A DNA stretch of 64,000 bases from an uncultured Chloroflexia bacterium (lineage in GTDB: Bacteria > Chloroflexota > Anaerolineae > CG2-30-64-16), in NCBI GenBank assembly GCA_963774265.1, contig CAVZDU010000001.1, forward strand, positions 1,408,001 to 1,472,000. Reading direction: 5' to 3'. Made by a program: the position numbers and the translations under genes. Every line of letters begins with the position of its first letter. The first letter of the stretch is position 1. Under the pieces are notes generated by a model that was given only the letters and a program-made list of their open reading frames with translations, did not search any database and was not told where the DNA came from. Positions 10,175 through 20,790 of this stretch are shown one piece after another.

Positions 10175-12187
10175 ATGATGGAGTCCTCGGGCCTGACGTG
10201 GCCCGTGATCCTGGCGTTCGCGAATCTCCTGCTTTCCTCAGCCATCGTAATCACTGCTTTCTCGCTTCTCGGGTTCATGTTGACCCGGAACCTGCGCAGT
10301 GCGGTGGCCCAGACGTTTAGCGTGCTCCTCACCTGTGTGCTGATCGTCTTCGCGGTAGACATCATCAGCGCGCGCGTGGAGACCACGCATGCTGCGCTTG
10401 TGTGGCTTCGTGTGCAGTGGATTGGGATCGCTTTGGTTCCCGCAGCCTACCTGCATTTCTCAGATGCTGTGCTGCGCACCACCTGGCACTGGTCGTTGCG
10501 CCGGCGTGCCGTCGTCATCGCCAGTTATATCGTGAGCGCTGCGTTACTGTTGCTGGCCTTGTTCACCGACACGCTGGTTTACGATGGGCCATACGCACCG
10601 GGTGTCCCTCACCTTTCGGCCGGCACTGTATTTCCCTTTTTCGTGGCTTACTTTGTGGCGACGGCGATATATGGCGCGTGGAATGTGTATCGCGCCCGTC
10701 GGCGGTGCCTCACCCCCACCTCCCGCCGTCGAATGACGTATCTCACGTTGTCTTTTGCAGCGCCCGGTCTTGGCGTGTTCCCGTACTTGCTGACTCTGGG
10801 ATCGGCCGAGAACCTGCCATCATCGTTGATTCTCGTGCTCGCCATGATTGGGAACTTCGCCGTCGGTACTATGCTCGTCGTAATGGCTTATAGCGTCACG
10901 TACCTGGGCGTGTTATCACCCGAGCGCGTCATCAAGCACGATCTACTCCACTACCTGCTGCGCGGTCCCGTAGTGGGCACCCTGGTGATCGTTGTCATGC
11001 TGGTCATCCCTCGCGTCGAGCTAATTCTTGGCCTCCCTCGCGACACGGCACTGATCTTCGCGGTCGTCGGTGTCATGGTTGTCGGCCAGTTGGCGGTTGG
11101 TCTGGCGAAACCCTGGATTGATCGCTTGCTCTATCCTGAGGACCGCGAGGAGATCACCTGGATTCAGACGCTCGATCGTCGCCTGCTGACGTCCAGCGAT
11201 CTACGCCAGTTTCTAACCAACATTCTCATCAGCCTTTGCGAGTTGTTGCGCGTGCCCAACGGCTTTGTCATGGTGCAAACGGATGAAGGTTTACGCCTGG
11301 AAGCCGTCGCCGGCGATGTCAAAGCGCCTTCTGCCTATGTCGCAAGTAAGAACGCCGCAGAAATCTGGCAGCAATTTGCAGCGAATGCCGGACCATTGGA
11401 TGAAGATGATCGCCCGAGTGGAGATGACTTGTCGTTCGCCTTCCAGTCTGACGCCGGTTTCTGGTTCTGTCCTCTGCACAGTCAGGACGGCGGCAAACTG
11501 CTGGGATTGCTAGCGGTGGTCGCACGGACGAACGAAGTTCAGATGGATGAAGACGAACAAGCCGAAGCGGAGGCGCTTCTTACACAGGCTGCCGCTGCAA
11601 TGGCTGATCGGTATGTCCAGGAAGGCGTTTTCGCGACCCTTCAGCGCATCCTGCCTGACCTTGAGCGTATCCAGGAGTGGCGCGGCGCAGTACGTTACGC
11701 GTCTCCGTTGCCTTCGCACGACATGGTGTCGGCTGAACCTGCAACCGATACGCAGCAGATGCTCGCACAGACGACCTGGCAGCAGTGGGTCAAGGATGCC
11801 CTGAGTCACTACTGGGGAGGGCCGAAGCTGACTGAGAGCCCACTGATGGACCTCAGATTAGTACGCCGCCGGCTGAAGGCTTCCGATGGCAATTTGACCG
11901 CTGCATTGCGCTCGGTGTTGCAGGAGGCGATCGAGCGCCAGAAGCCACCTGGTGAACGGAAGCTTACGGCATCCGAATGGTTGGTGTACAATATACTTGA
12001 TATGCGATTCGTTCAGGGCCAGCGCGTCCTGGACATTTCGCGGCGGCTGTCGATGAGTGAGTCGGATCTCTATCGCAAGCAGCGGGTAGCGGTGGCAGCA
12101 GTGGCACGAACGTTGGCCGAAATGGAGTCATCTGACGCCGGCGATACTGGCGATTGGCCTCCGCCGGAGCGGCAGAGGGTTGGATAA
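10175..12187 (+). CDS. Membrane sensor: HisKA_7TM-like N-terminal domain, GAF-like region, C-terminal HTH-like region; no kinase domain
   Basis: About 9 hydrophobic segments; WFCPL...LLGLLAV GAF-like stretch; ISRRLSMSESDLYRKQR HTH-like; no H/N/G boxes seen. Confidence 0.6.
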   Translation: MMESSGLTWPVILAFANLLLSSAIVITAFSLLGFMLTRNLRSAVAQTFSVLLTCVLIVFAVDIISARVETTHAALVWLRVQWIGIALVPAAYLHFSDAVLRTTWHWSLRRRAVVIASYIVSAALLLLALFTDTLVYDGPYAPGVPHLSAGTVFPFFVAYFVATAIYGAWNVYRARRRCLTPTSRRRMTYLTLSFAAPGLGVFPYLLTLGSAENLPSSLILVLAMIGNFAVGTMLVVMAYSVTYLGVLSPERVIKHDLLHYLLRGPVVGTLVIVVMLVIPRVELILGLPRDTALIFAVVGVMVVGQLAVGLAKPWIDRLLYPEDREEITWIQTLDRRLLTSSDLRQFLTNILISLCELLRVPNGFVMVQTDEGLRLEAVAGDVKAPSAYVASKNAAEIWQQFAANAGPLDEDDRPSGDDLSFAFQSDAGFWFCPLHSQDGGKLLGLLAVVARTNEVQMDEDEQAEAEALLTQAAAAMADRYVQEGVFATLQRILPDLERIQEWRGAVRYASPLPSHDMVSAEPATDTQQMLAQTTWQQWVKDALSHYWGGPKLTESPLMDLRLVRRRLKASDGNLTAALRSVLQEAIERQKPPGERKLTASEWLVYNILDMRFVQGQRVLDISRRLSMSESDLYRKQRVAVAAVARTLAEMESSDAGDTGDWPPPERQRVG

Positions 12188-12237
12188 GTAGATTCTCTGG
12201 TGATGACCAGATCATCACCGGTAATAGGAGTTTTTGA

Positions 12238-13230
12238 ATGGACGACGGATACTGGGCGGCGCTCCTGCGAGATATTGAAGAGGAACCAGAGACCCCTCGG
12301 CCGCAGATAGGGGCGGATGATGCAAGTGGCGAAGCAGGAAGCCTGTCGAGCGCCCGCCGCTGGTCGAGTACGGCCGGATCAGACAGCGAGGTCGACTGGC
12401 AGCGAGCGGAGACGTTGTTGGCGAGCAGCGAAGTTGCTGAAGTCAGGATTTCGGGTTTCAATCGTGGTGGGCTGCTGGCGGATTTTGGCGCCTTGCAGGG
12501 CTTTATCCCTGCCTCCCATTTGGTGACGCCGCTGCCCGGTCAGTCACAGGAGCAGCGCGCTGCCGGTTTGGCTGCCCGCATCAGTGAGACGCTGACTGTG
12601 CGGGTCGTTGAGATTGATCGCGGGCGATGTCGCCTGATCCTCTCCGAACGCATGGCCCGTGATAACAGCAAGGAAACCGAGCTGCTTGCCAGCCTTGAAC
12701 CGGGTCAGGTGCACAGCGGCCAGGTCACGAGTCTGTGCCCCTTCGGCGCGTTCGTGGACCTCGGCGGCTTTGAGGGTCTGATTCATATCTCCGAACTGTC
12801 TTGGGGCAGGGTCGGCGCGCCGGGTGATGTCGTGACCCCCGGCGATAGGGTGCAGGTGCTGGTGCTGGAGACAAACCCGGGCGAGCAGAAGGTAGCGCTC
12901 AGTCTCAAGCGCCTCTTGCCGGACCCCTGGCAGGGGGTGGAGGAGCGGTATCACCCGGGGCAGGCTGTCGAGGCGATCATCACCAATGTGGTCAATTTCG
13001 GCGCGTTCGCCCGCCTGGAGGAGGGTCTTGAGGGCCTGATCCACGTTTCCGAATTGGCTGAAGGAAGCTTCATGCACCCACGCAACGTCATCCGCGAAGG
13101 TGACAAAGTCCGGGCGCGCGTTATTGCCGTGGATGCAACAAAGCGTCGCATCGCTCTTACTCTACGTTCGCTGGATATGGCCTTACGCAACAATCAGGAA
13201 CCGCAGGGGTCGGATACCTGGGATCTCTAG
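12238..13230 (+). CDS. S1 RNA-binding domain protein (ribosomal protein S1-like, 3 S1 domains)
   Basis: Three repeats: GFIPASHL, FGAFVDLGGFEGLIHISEL, FGAFARLEEGLEGLIHVSEL. Confidence 0.85.
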   Translation: MDDGYWAALLRDIEEEPETPRPQIGADDASGEAGSLSSARRWSSTAGSDSEVDWQRAETLLASSEVAEVRISGFNRGGLLADFGALQGFIPASHLVTPLPGQSQEQRAAGLAARISETLTVRVVEIDRGRCRLILSERMARDNSKETELLASLEPGQVHSGQVTSLCPFGAFVDLGGFEGLIHISELSWGRVGAPGDVVTPGDRVQVLVLETNPGEQKVALSLKRLLPDPWQGVEERYHPGQAVEAIITNVVNFGAFARLEEGLEGLIHVSELAEGSFMHPRNVIREGDKVRARVIAVDATKRRIALTLRSLDMALRNNQEPQGSDTWDL

Positions 13231-13272
13231 CCGCGTGGCGCCCAACCCCGCCCCTGCCATAGAGCTGGCGAT

Positions 13273-15364
13273 TTGAAACGAAGCGTTCAGGACATCGTTG
13301 GTTGGGCTATCGCGGGCTTCACTCTGGTAGCCCTGGCGTTGCTCGCTCTGGATTTTGGGCTGAGTGCGCCGCTGCTTCGCTTGCTTTTCGGTTGGGGCGC
13401 CTACCTGCTTCCGCCCGCGTTACTGGTCGGTGGACTTTCTCTCGCCTTCGCTGAACGGCGGGGTTGGCAAGTGCGTTTCATCGGAATTGCCAGCGCCGAA
13501 GCGATCTTTTTGTGTCTCCTCGCCTTGAGTCATCTTGGATCGGAAGCGGGCCTGGCGGACGCCTTGCTCGGACGCCGCGGTGGTCTTGCTGGCTGGGGTA
13601 TCAGCCAGTTCCTGCTTTTGTTCCTGCCGCCTGTCCTGGTCTGGACGGTCTTCATTCTGGCTGTGCTTGCGGGTCTCGTGGGGGTCTATGTTAATCTTCC
13701 TCCGTCCTGGCAAGTTATCCCGTCCGCTCTGTGGGATAAGATTCGCGCCGCGTTGGCGCCCACCGGGCGCGCCGCGCCTGATGTAGAGGATGCTCGGGAG
13801 GCGCGGGCGCCGCTTGTTCTTGATGACAGCCCCCAACCCAAAAGCAAGGATCTCTCCCGGCGGCGTCGGCCGCGCAACGCCCAGCTTGTCAAGCGCCCAG
13901 AGTGGCTCCCGCCGCTGGACCTCTTGCGCTCCGATCCAGGAGGCAATGGTCCTGGGACATCGAACGCCTATTCACCTAACGCGCGCCAGCGCGCACAGCT
14001 CATCAAGCATACCCTTGCTGACTTTGGCGTGCCCGTCGAAGTGGTGAGCATCAAGGAAGGACCGACTGTCACCCAGTTTGGCGTCGAACCGGGTGAGATC
14101 GTTAAGGAACGTGATGGCGAGATAATCCGCCGCCGCGTCTCAGTCCAGCGCATCTTGCGCCTGCGCGATGATCTGGCGTTAGAGCTTGCTGCTGCGTCCC
14201 TACGTATCGAGGCGCCGGTCCCTGGGCGGCCGTACGTGGGAATCGAGGTGCCGAACAGCGCAAAAACCCTGGTCAGCCTTCGCAATGTCATAGAATCCCA
14301 GAGCTTCGTTGCGGTTCGATCGCCGTTGGCTGTAGCGTTGGGTCGAGATGCGTCCGGAGACCCGGTGGTGACTGACCTCGGTAAGTTGCCTCATTTGCTG
14401 ATTGCTGGTGCGACCGGCTCCGGCAAATCGGTCTGTATCAATGCCATCGTGTGTAGCCTGTTGATGAGCAACGGCCCTGAAACGCTGCGGTTTCTCATGG
14501 TGGATCCCAAGATGGTCGAGCTGCCCGGCTATAACGGCATCCCTCACTTACTTGGGCCTGTGATTACCGATCCAGGGCAGGCTGCTGGCGCCCTCTCGTG
14601 GTTGATGCTCCAGATGGATGACCGATATCGCCTGTTTGCCGAGACAGGGGTTCGCAACATCGCCGAATTCAACCGTAAGGCCCTGCGCTCGCGCACCAAA
14701 CGCCCGCTGCCATATCTTGTTTTGATCATCGATGAGCTCGCCGATCTCATGATGACCGCGGCGGTGGATGTGGAGCGCCAATTGTGCCGTCTTGGGCAGA
14801 TGGCGCGCGCTACCGGCATTCACCTGGTGCTTGCAACTCAACGCCCCAGCGTTGATGTTATCACCGGGCTGATCAAGGCCAACTTCCCGGCGCGTATCGC
14901 CTTTGCCGTCACAACCCAGATTGACAGCCGCGTGATCCTGGATGTACCCGGGGCAGAAAAGCTGCTGGGCCGCGGCGACATGCTTTACATGGCGCCCGAC
15001 TCGGCCAAGCTGGCGCGCATCCAGGGTTGCTTCGTGTCCGACCGGGAGATCGAGCGGATCGTTGACTTCTGGACCACAGCGGCCTGAGAGCGAGGTCGAG
15101 CGGATGCCCATCTCGCCTCCGTGGGCGGGATTTGGCACGGGAGATCAAACGGATCAACTCCTGAACCAGGCCCTTAGGTTGCTGGAAAACAAAACGCACG
15201 TGTCGACAAGCCTGCTCCAACGCCAGTTGCGTATCGGCTTTCCCCGCGCTGCGCGACTCATGGATCAACTCGAGGAGATGGGGGCTGTCGCGGCCGACGA
15301 AGGCGGCGGCCGTTCCCGTGAAGTCCTGTATCGCCCGGAATCTGGCGTCGACGCCATACTTTGA
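13273..15364 (+). CDS. ftsK: DNA translocase FtsK/SpoIIIE; frameshift ~15078 before the gamma domain
   Basis: PHLLIAGATGSGKS, IIDELADLM, ATQRPS; gamma domain STSLLQRQLRIGFPRAARLMDQLE lies in the adjacent frame ending at 15364. Confidence 0.9.
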
Positions 15365-15388
15365 GCACCACGACGAATGAGGTATAAT
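15361..15388 (+). promoter_or_regulatory. Sigma70-type promoter of tRNA-Val
   Basis: TTGAGC-16-TATAAT, 10 nt upstream of the tRNA. Confidence 0.6.
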
Positions 15389-15398
15389 GAAGGGCAAT

Positions 15399-15473
<75 letters not shown>

Positions 15474-15484
15474 ACCTGTCGTTG

Positions 15485-15527
15485 ACCTGGTCTCGCCTTT
15501 CCGTGCGGCAGACCAGGTTTTTCTTTT
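15485..15527 (+). terminator. Intrinsic terminator after the tRNA
   Basis: ACCTGGTCT...AGACCAGGT stem followed by TTTTCTTTT. Confidence 0.75.
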
Positions 15528-15555
15528 GCAACTGTATGCGTTGAGAGGATGCTCA

Positions 15556-16949
15556 ATGTCTGACCCAATTGTGACCCATCCTGACAGCCGTCGCAGCTTG
15601 CCCAGTGTTGACCGCCTTTTGGCTGTCCCTGCGCTCATGTCCTTTGCCGAGGAACATGGTCACACTGTGACTCTGGAAGCTGTGCGCGCTGCGCTGGTCG
15701 ACGCGCGCAGCCGGCTGGCCGAGGGCGAATCGGCGCCGGATCTCGCAGCATTGGCCGAAGACGCCCTCGCCCGCGCCCGCGACACAGTCACCGGAACACT
15801 CGTCCCAGTTATCAATGCCACCGGTGTCATTGTACACACGAACCTCGGTCGGGCTCCGCTTTCTCACTCGGCATACGCTGCGATGGAGTCAGTGGCTTCC
15901 GGCTACTCCAATTTGGAGTACGATCTCGAAGCTGGCGAACACGGGTCGCGGTACATCCACACCGAAGATTTGCTGCGCAAGCTGACCGGGGCTGAAGCAG
16001 CACTTGTGGTTAACAACAACGCCGGCGCCGTTTTCCTTACGCTTTCTGCGTTGGCGCGGGAGCGCGAAGTGGTCATCTCCCGCGGTCAATTGGTGGAGAT
16101 CGGAGGCGGCTTCCGAATCCCTGATGTCTTGCGCCAGAGTGGAGCTCGTCTCGTCGAAGTGGGGACGACCAACCGGACTCACAAGAGCGATTATGAGGGA
16201 GCCCTTAGCTCAGAGACGGCCCTGCTACTCCGGGTGCACTCTTCGAATTTCAAGCAAATCGGCTTTACCGCCGAGGTTGCTCTGACTGATATGGTGTCCC
16301 TGGCGAGAGCAGCCGGCGTCCTGGTCATCGATGATCTGGGCAGTGGCACCCTGCTGGACACATCGCGCTATGGTTTGGCCCGGGAGCCCATGATTCAAGA
16401 GAGCATCATGGCCGGTGCGGATCTTGTCACCTTCAGCGGCGACAAGCTTCTCGGCGGACCGCAGGCGGGTTTGATCGTGGGGCGGGCCGACCTCGTCGGG
16501 AGGTTGCGTCAACATCCCCTCGCACGCGCCTTACGGGTTGACAAGGCCACGCTCTCCGCACTTCAGGCCACCCTCCTGCATTACTTGCGCGGTGAAGCCG
16601 AGCGTGAGATCCCAGTGTGGCGGATGATCAGTACGCCGCGGGAGATTCTGTCGGCGCGCGCTGCTGACCTGGCTGCTGGTCTGCGCAGTCACGGCCTCGG
16701 CGCCAAGGTTGTATCCGTCGAGGGCATGGTGGGGGAGGATCATTGCCGGGCCAGATGTTGCCGAGCATCGCAGTCGCCGTGGCCACCCCTGTGCCCGACA
16801 TCTTGTCCACCGCGCTGCGGAAAGGCCAGCCTCCGGTTGTTGCGCGCATCGCAGACGACGAGCTGATGCTCGACATGCGAACGGTTCAACCCCACGAGGA
16901 CGAGAGTTTGTTACAGGCAATGTTGCGCGCCTGGAAGAAATCTGCCTAG
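15556..16949 (+). CDS. selA: L-seryl-tRNA(Sec) selenium transferase; frameshift ~16735 in a G-run
   Basis: VINATGVIVHTNLGRAPL, VNNNAGA, SRGQLVEIGGGFRIPD, DLGSG, FSGDKLLGGPQAG (PLP lysine); C-terminus LMLDMRTV in the adjacent frame. Confidence 0.93.
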
Positions 16950-16958
16950 GGGAACGCG

Positions 16959-17363
16959 ATGACGCAAACTGCGACCTTCACTGCACGCATCATTCGCTCC
17001 GGCCGCGCTGAAGGACCGGCGTTGGTTTCTTCTGCGCCAATCGGTTTTCTCGGCGGGGTTGACCCGGACACAGGTGTTGTGCTGGAGCCCGGCCATCCAC
17101 TTCAAGGCCAGTCCATTAAGGGGACGGTGTTGGTCTTTCCGACTGGCAAGGGCAGCACGGTTGGCTCTTACACGATCCTGCGCCTGGCGCGCAGCGGCGC
17201 CGGACCTGTCGCTATCGTTAATGCCGAAAGCGAAGCTATCGTGGCGGTTGGGGCGATCATCAGCGACATTCCGATGGTTGATAAAGTAGACATAACGCAA
17301 ATAAAGGACGGCGACTGGGTCGTCGTCGATGGCGAGAAGGTGATTGTGACGCGGCAGACATGA
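16959..17363 (+). CDS. Aconitase X swivel domain (DUF126), probable phosphomevalonate dehydratase small subunit
   Basis: GFLGGVDPDTG, HPLQGQSI, FPTGKGSTVGSY motifs; coupled to isopentenyl phosphate kinase. Confidence 0.85.
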   Translation: MTQTATFTARIIRSGRAEGPALVSSAPIGFLGGVDPDTGVVLEPGHPLQGQSIKGTVLVFPTGKGSTVGSYTILRLARSGAGPVAIVNAESEAIVAVGAIISDIPMVDKVDITQIKDGDWVVVDGEKVIVTRQT

Positions 17364-18178
17364 CAGAGCTCGTCTTTCTGAAACTGGGCGGCTCCCTCCT
17401 CACGGACAAGACCCAGCCGCAGTCGCTCCGCGGGGACGTCCTTCGCCGCCTGGCAGGGGAGATCGCCGGCGCGCGGCTTGCTCGTCCGGACCTCAGATTG
17501 CTCTTGGGGCATGGCAGCGGCTCCTTCGGCCATGTTGGCGCCAAGCGCTACGGCACGCGTGAAGGTGTGCGGACTGCCGAGCAATGGCGCGGCTATGCTG
17601 AGACCGGCCGGCTGGCGTCGGAGCTGAATCGGCTGGTTGTTGATGCGCTATGGGATGCGGACATACCTGCACTGCGCGTGCAACCTTCCGCATCCGCCCT
17701 CTGTCATGATGGGGAACTACGTTCCCTGGCAGAACGTCCTTTAGTCGCCGGCATGGAACACGGTCTCGTTCCGGTGATCCACGGTGATGTCGCGCTCGAT
17801 GAAGTCCGTGGCGGGACGATCATTTCGACGGAAGAGATCTTTGCTTTCCTGGCTCCCAGGCTGTGGCCTGCGCGCGTTATCCTGGTGGGCGAGGTTGAGG
17901 GGGTCTTGACAGTGGATCCGGCCACGGCGATTGATGGTGAAGTGATCCGAAGCATCTCGCGCGTCTCGTTGTCCGCGCTGAGCCCTGCGCTCGGAGGTTC
18001 GCGCGGCGTCGATGTGACTGGCGGCATGATGACGAAGGTCCGGGAGATGTTGGACCTCGTCGAGAGCACTTCTGGCCTGAGTGCTGTTCACATCGTGTCC
18101 GGTTTGATCCCTGGGCTGTTGTGCGATGTGCTAAAGCATCCTGACGTGCCGGCAGGCACTCGGATCGTGGCCGGGTGA
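17360..18178 (+). CDS. Isopentenyl phosphate kinase (amino acid kinase family)
   Basis: LKLGGSLLTDK, HGSGSFGH (IPK histidine signature), PVIHGDV, DVTGGMMTKV. Confidence 0.88.
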   Translation: MTELVFLKLGGSLLTDKTQPQSLRGDVLRRLAGEIAGARLARPDLRLLLGHGSGSFGHVGAKRYGTREGVRTAEQWRGYAETGRLASELNRLVVDALWDADIPALRVQPSASALCHDGELRSLAERPLVAGMEHGLVPVIHGDVALDEVRGGTIISTEEIFAFLAPRLWPARVILVGEVEGVLTVDPATAIDGEVIRSISRVSLSALSPALGGSRGVDVTGGMMTKVREMLDLVESTSGLSAVHIVSGLIPGLLCDVLKHPDVPAGTRIVAG

Positions 18179-18218
18179 AACCGTCCATACGGAAGCATTC
18201 CTGCTGACGCAGGACCTT

Positions 18219-18247
18219 TTGCGAGTTATCATAAGAGTGAATATAAT
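18219..18247 (+). promoter_or_regulatory. Sigma70-type promoter of rseP
   Basis: TTGCGA-17-TATAAT. Confidence 0.55.
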
Positions 18248-18303
18248 GAATATCCGCGTGTCGACCGAGAGACGTAGACATCGTGGGTAAGTGAGAGGTT
18301 TGA

Positions 18304-19401
18304 ATGTTGCTGACGGTTCTTTCGTTCATCCTGGTGATGGGCGTGGTAGTCTTTATACATGAACTCGGCCACCTGATTGCCGCCAAGCGCAATGGCATCA
18401 TCGTGGAGGAGTTCGGGTTGGGATATCCGCCGCGTTTGGTGAAGCTTTTCGAGCGGGGCGGCACAGTATATTCCATCAATGCGATTCCCTTCGGCGGCTT
18501 CGCACGCATGCGCGGGGAAGATGATCCGACCGAGCCCGGCAGCTTTGCTGCGGCATCTCGCTGGGCCCGTTTCGTTACTCTCTCTGCCGGTCCGGTCATG
18601 AATTTCTTGCTGGCCATTGTCCTCTTCGCCAGTATGAGTATGGTGCAGGGAATGCCGGATGCGAGCAAGCCGGGGGCCGTCGTCAATGCTCTTGTTTCGG
18701 GCGCGCCGGCCGAGCAGGCTGGCATGCTCATTAATGACCGTATCATTGCGGCGGATGGGCAGCCCGTAGTCAGTTTTGCTGACCTGCAGAGTTATACGTC
18801 GGCGCATTTGGGCCAACCCATTAAGTACACATTGGTCCGTTTGGATGAAACGACGGGTGCGGTGCAGAGGCTGGATATAACAGTCACGCCTCGTGCTAAT
18901 CCCCCGGAAAATGAGGGCGCACTGGGCATTCAGATTGGTTCGTTCATGCGGCCGACGCGTATCTGGGAAGCGGCTTGGACTGGCGTGCGCAGTGTGGGTG
19001 AGATCATTTACATGACCTTCGCAATTCCTGCCAACCTCATTCGTGAAGGACGGCCCATCGATGAGGCTGGTTTCATGGGGCCGGTGGGCATTGCGGCAAC
19101 CACGGGGCAATTCGTGCGCTACGGGTTGAGCACCGAATCGATCCAGCCCATTCTGTATCTCATCGCGGTGATTAGCGCTGCCCTGGGTCTCACCAACTTG
19201 TTGCCGATTCCGGCACTGGATGGCGGCCGTCTGCTCTTCCTGGCGGTTGAGACGATTCGCGGCCGGCGCATCGAACCAGCGCGTGAGGGCATGGTGCATC
19301 TGATCGGTTTCGGGCTGCTCTTGTTGCTGGTTGGGCTTCTTACCGTGCGGGAAGTCAGTTGGTTAATCAACGGCACGTTCCCCACAATAGGCTTGCCGTA
19401 A
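18304..19401 (+). CDS. rseP: RIP metalloprotease RseP (M50, PDZ domain)
   Basis: HELGH, FGGFARM, AGPVMN, PDZ domain, NLLPIPALDGG. Confidence 0.92.
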   Translation: MLLTVLSFILVMGVVVFIHELGHLIAAKRNGIIVEEFGLGYPPRLVKLFERGGTVYSINAIPFGGFARMRGEDDPTEPGSFAAASRWARFVTLSAGPVMNFLLAIVLFASMSMVQGMPDASKPGAVVNALVSGAPAEQAGMLINDRIIAADGQPVVSFADLQSYTSAHLGQPIKYTLVRLDETTGAVQRLDITVTPRANPPENEGALGIQIGSFMRPTRIWEAAWTGVRSVGEIIYMTFAIPANLIREGRPIDEAGFMGPVGIAATTGQFVRYGLSTESIQPILYLIAVISAALGLTNLLPIPALDGGRLLFLAVETIRGRRIEPAREGMVHLIGFGLLLLLVGLLTVREVSWLINGTFPTIGLP

Positions 19402-19436
19402 CCCAGGCCACCACGCCCATGCGTGGTGGCTACTTC

Positions 19437-19478
19437 GTTCCATAGGGACGGTTCCCTGTCCCAAAGGGATGGTTCCCA
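19437..19478 (+). repeat. Two tandem 21-bp units of repeat family A (consensus GTCCCAnAGGGAYGGTTCCCA), intergenic
   Basis: GTTCCATAGGGACGGTTCCCT and GTCCCAAAGGGATGGTTCCCA. Confidence 0.85.
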
Positions 19479-19491
19479 AAGGACAAGTTGT

Positions 19492-20742
19492 ATGTACTGT
19501 AGACGCTGCGGGGCGCCCCTACACCAGGGTGTGGTCATTTGCCCCGAATGCGGGGCCCGGCAGCGCCGCGGGCTAAGCGCTGTACGTTGTGCGCGCTGTG
19601 GTGACCGCGTGCCCCTCGGTTTGACTGTCTGCCCTCATTGCGGAAGAGATGTTCATGCCGCCGGTCCGCGGTGGGGCCTTTGGATCGCGGGGTTTGCCGT
19701 GGTGGCCCTGGCAGTGCTATGGGGATTCGGTAAACTGCCAATGGAAAGCATCCTCGACGAGATTGCGTCAGTTCGTACACGCGTCGAAGGTGTTGTGCGG
19801 GTTCTCGGCCCTGTTGCGTCCGACTTGACCGAGTCTCAGAGGGATGGCACCCAAACCCCAAGGGACGGTTCCCAGTCGGGCGCGGCTACAACAACGCCCC
19901 AAGTTATTGCAGAGTTGGATAATACGCCGCCAGCTGCCTCGATTGACCTCCCCGGGCCAGAATCGACGGAAAAGATTCCTGAAACTTCGACGCCGCTACC
20001 AAATCCCGAAGGGATGGTTACCAATTCCACCACCGAACCGACGGTGATGCCAACCCCAACACCAACGGATACTTCCACGCCGGAGCCCACGGCCACTGCG
20101 ACGGCCGTGCCGACGGAGACCGCGACCGCAGCCCCAACACAGGCGCCTGCAGCCACAGGACGAACGACCTATAAGGTGAAGTCAGGAGACACGTTGTCGG
20201 GTATTGCGGCGCAATTTGGGATCGCCTGGCAGGATCTCGCCGCTGCCAATAACCTCACAAGCCGGTCAACCTTGGGTGTAGGGCAAGAGTTAGTTGTTCC
20301 GGTAGGAGGGAGTGGGGCCCCAGCGCCTCCCACAGCTACGACCGCGCCCAGAGCTGCCCAGACAATCATGCCGTCCAGCCCGACGCCGGTGCAGTTGCTG
20401 TCCGCGCCCCAGTTGCTGAGCCCCGCGGATCAAACGCCATACTCGGGCGCGAACGCGGATTTGGAACTGGTCTGGTCGCCCGTCGCGGGGATTCCCTTTG
20501 GCGCCCAGTACCAGGTCTCAATTCGATGGATGGAGCAGGGCTCACCGATGGAGTATTCCGAACTCTACACAACTGCGACGAGCATCCGAATGCCGGAGTG
20601 GCTGTTTGCTAAGGCCGATCAGCCCGCGCGGCAGTACTCCTGGTCGGTGCGGGTAGTGCAGACGACGACTGACGGGCAGGGCGGACAGAAGGACATTTTG
20701 CTCAGTCCTTCCAGTGCGACCCAGGTGCTCTATTGGAACTAA
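19492..20742 (+). CDS. Double zinc-ribbon, TM, Pro/Thr-rich linker and LysM domain protein
   Basis: Four CxxC pairs, one TM, PT repeats, YKVKSGDTLSGIAAQFG LysM. Confidence 0.8.
   Translation: MYCRRCGAPLHQGVVICPECGARQRRGLSAVRCARCGDRVPLGLTVCPHCGRDVHAAGPRWGLWIAGFAVVALAVLWGFGKLPMESILDEIASVRTRVEGVVRVLGPVASDLTESQRDGTQTPRDGSQSGAATTTPQVIAELDNTPPAASIDLPGPESTEKIPETSTPLPNPEGMVTNSTTEPTVMPTPTPTDTSTPEPTATATAVPTETATAAPTQAPAATGRTTYKVKSGDTLSGIAAQFGIAWQDLAAANNLTSRSTLGVGQELVVPVGGSGAPAPPTATTAPRAAQTIMPSSPTPVQLLSAPQLLSPADQTPYSGANADLELVWSPVAGIPFGAQYQVSIRWMEQGSPMEYSELYTTATSIRMPEWLFAKADQPARQYSWSVRVVQTTTDGQGGQKDILLSPSSATQVLYWN
19833..19874 (+). repeat. Two tandem family-A units in frame inside the LysM protein (SQRDGTQ-TPRDGSQ)
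   Basis: GTCTCAGAGGGATGGCACCCA and AACCCCAAGGGACGGTTCCCA. Confidence 0.75.
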
Positions 20743-20751
20743 GGCCAGCAA

Positions 20752-20772
20752 GTCCCAACGGGATGGTTCCCA
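20752..20772 (+). repeat. Family-A unit, intergenic
   Basis: GTCCCAACGGGATGGTTCCCA. Confidence 0.8.
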
Positions 20773-20790
20773 AAGACAACTGTGCTAAGT

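Noticed and set aside
15085-15087. TGA ending the ftsK ORF (and TPR TGA at 22372) as selenocysteine
   Set aside because: Homologous sequence continues in a different frame, so these are frameshifts; no redox motif
15556-16949. selA as a pseudogene
   Set aside because: Single indel in a G-run with an intact C-terminus; same pattern as neighbouring probable sequencing errors
19437-19874. Tandem 21-bp repeats as a CRISPR array
   Set aside because: No unique spacers, copies are dispersed or directly abutting, and there are no cas genes
20040-20160. Pro/Thr repeats (also at 27060-27210) as DNA repeat elements
   Set aside because: Protein-level low-complexity linkers with varied codons
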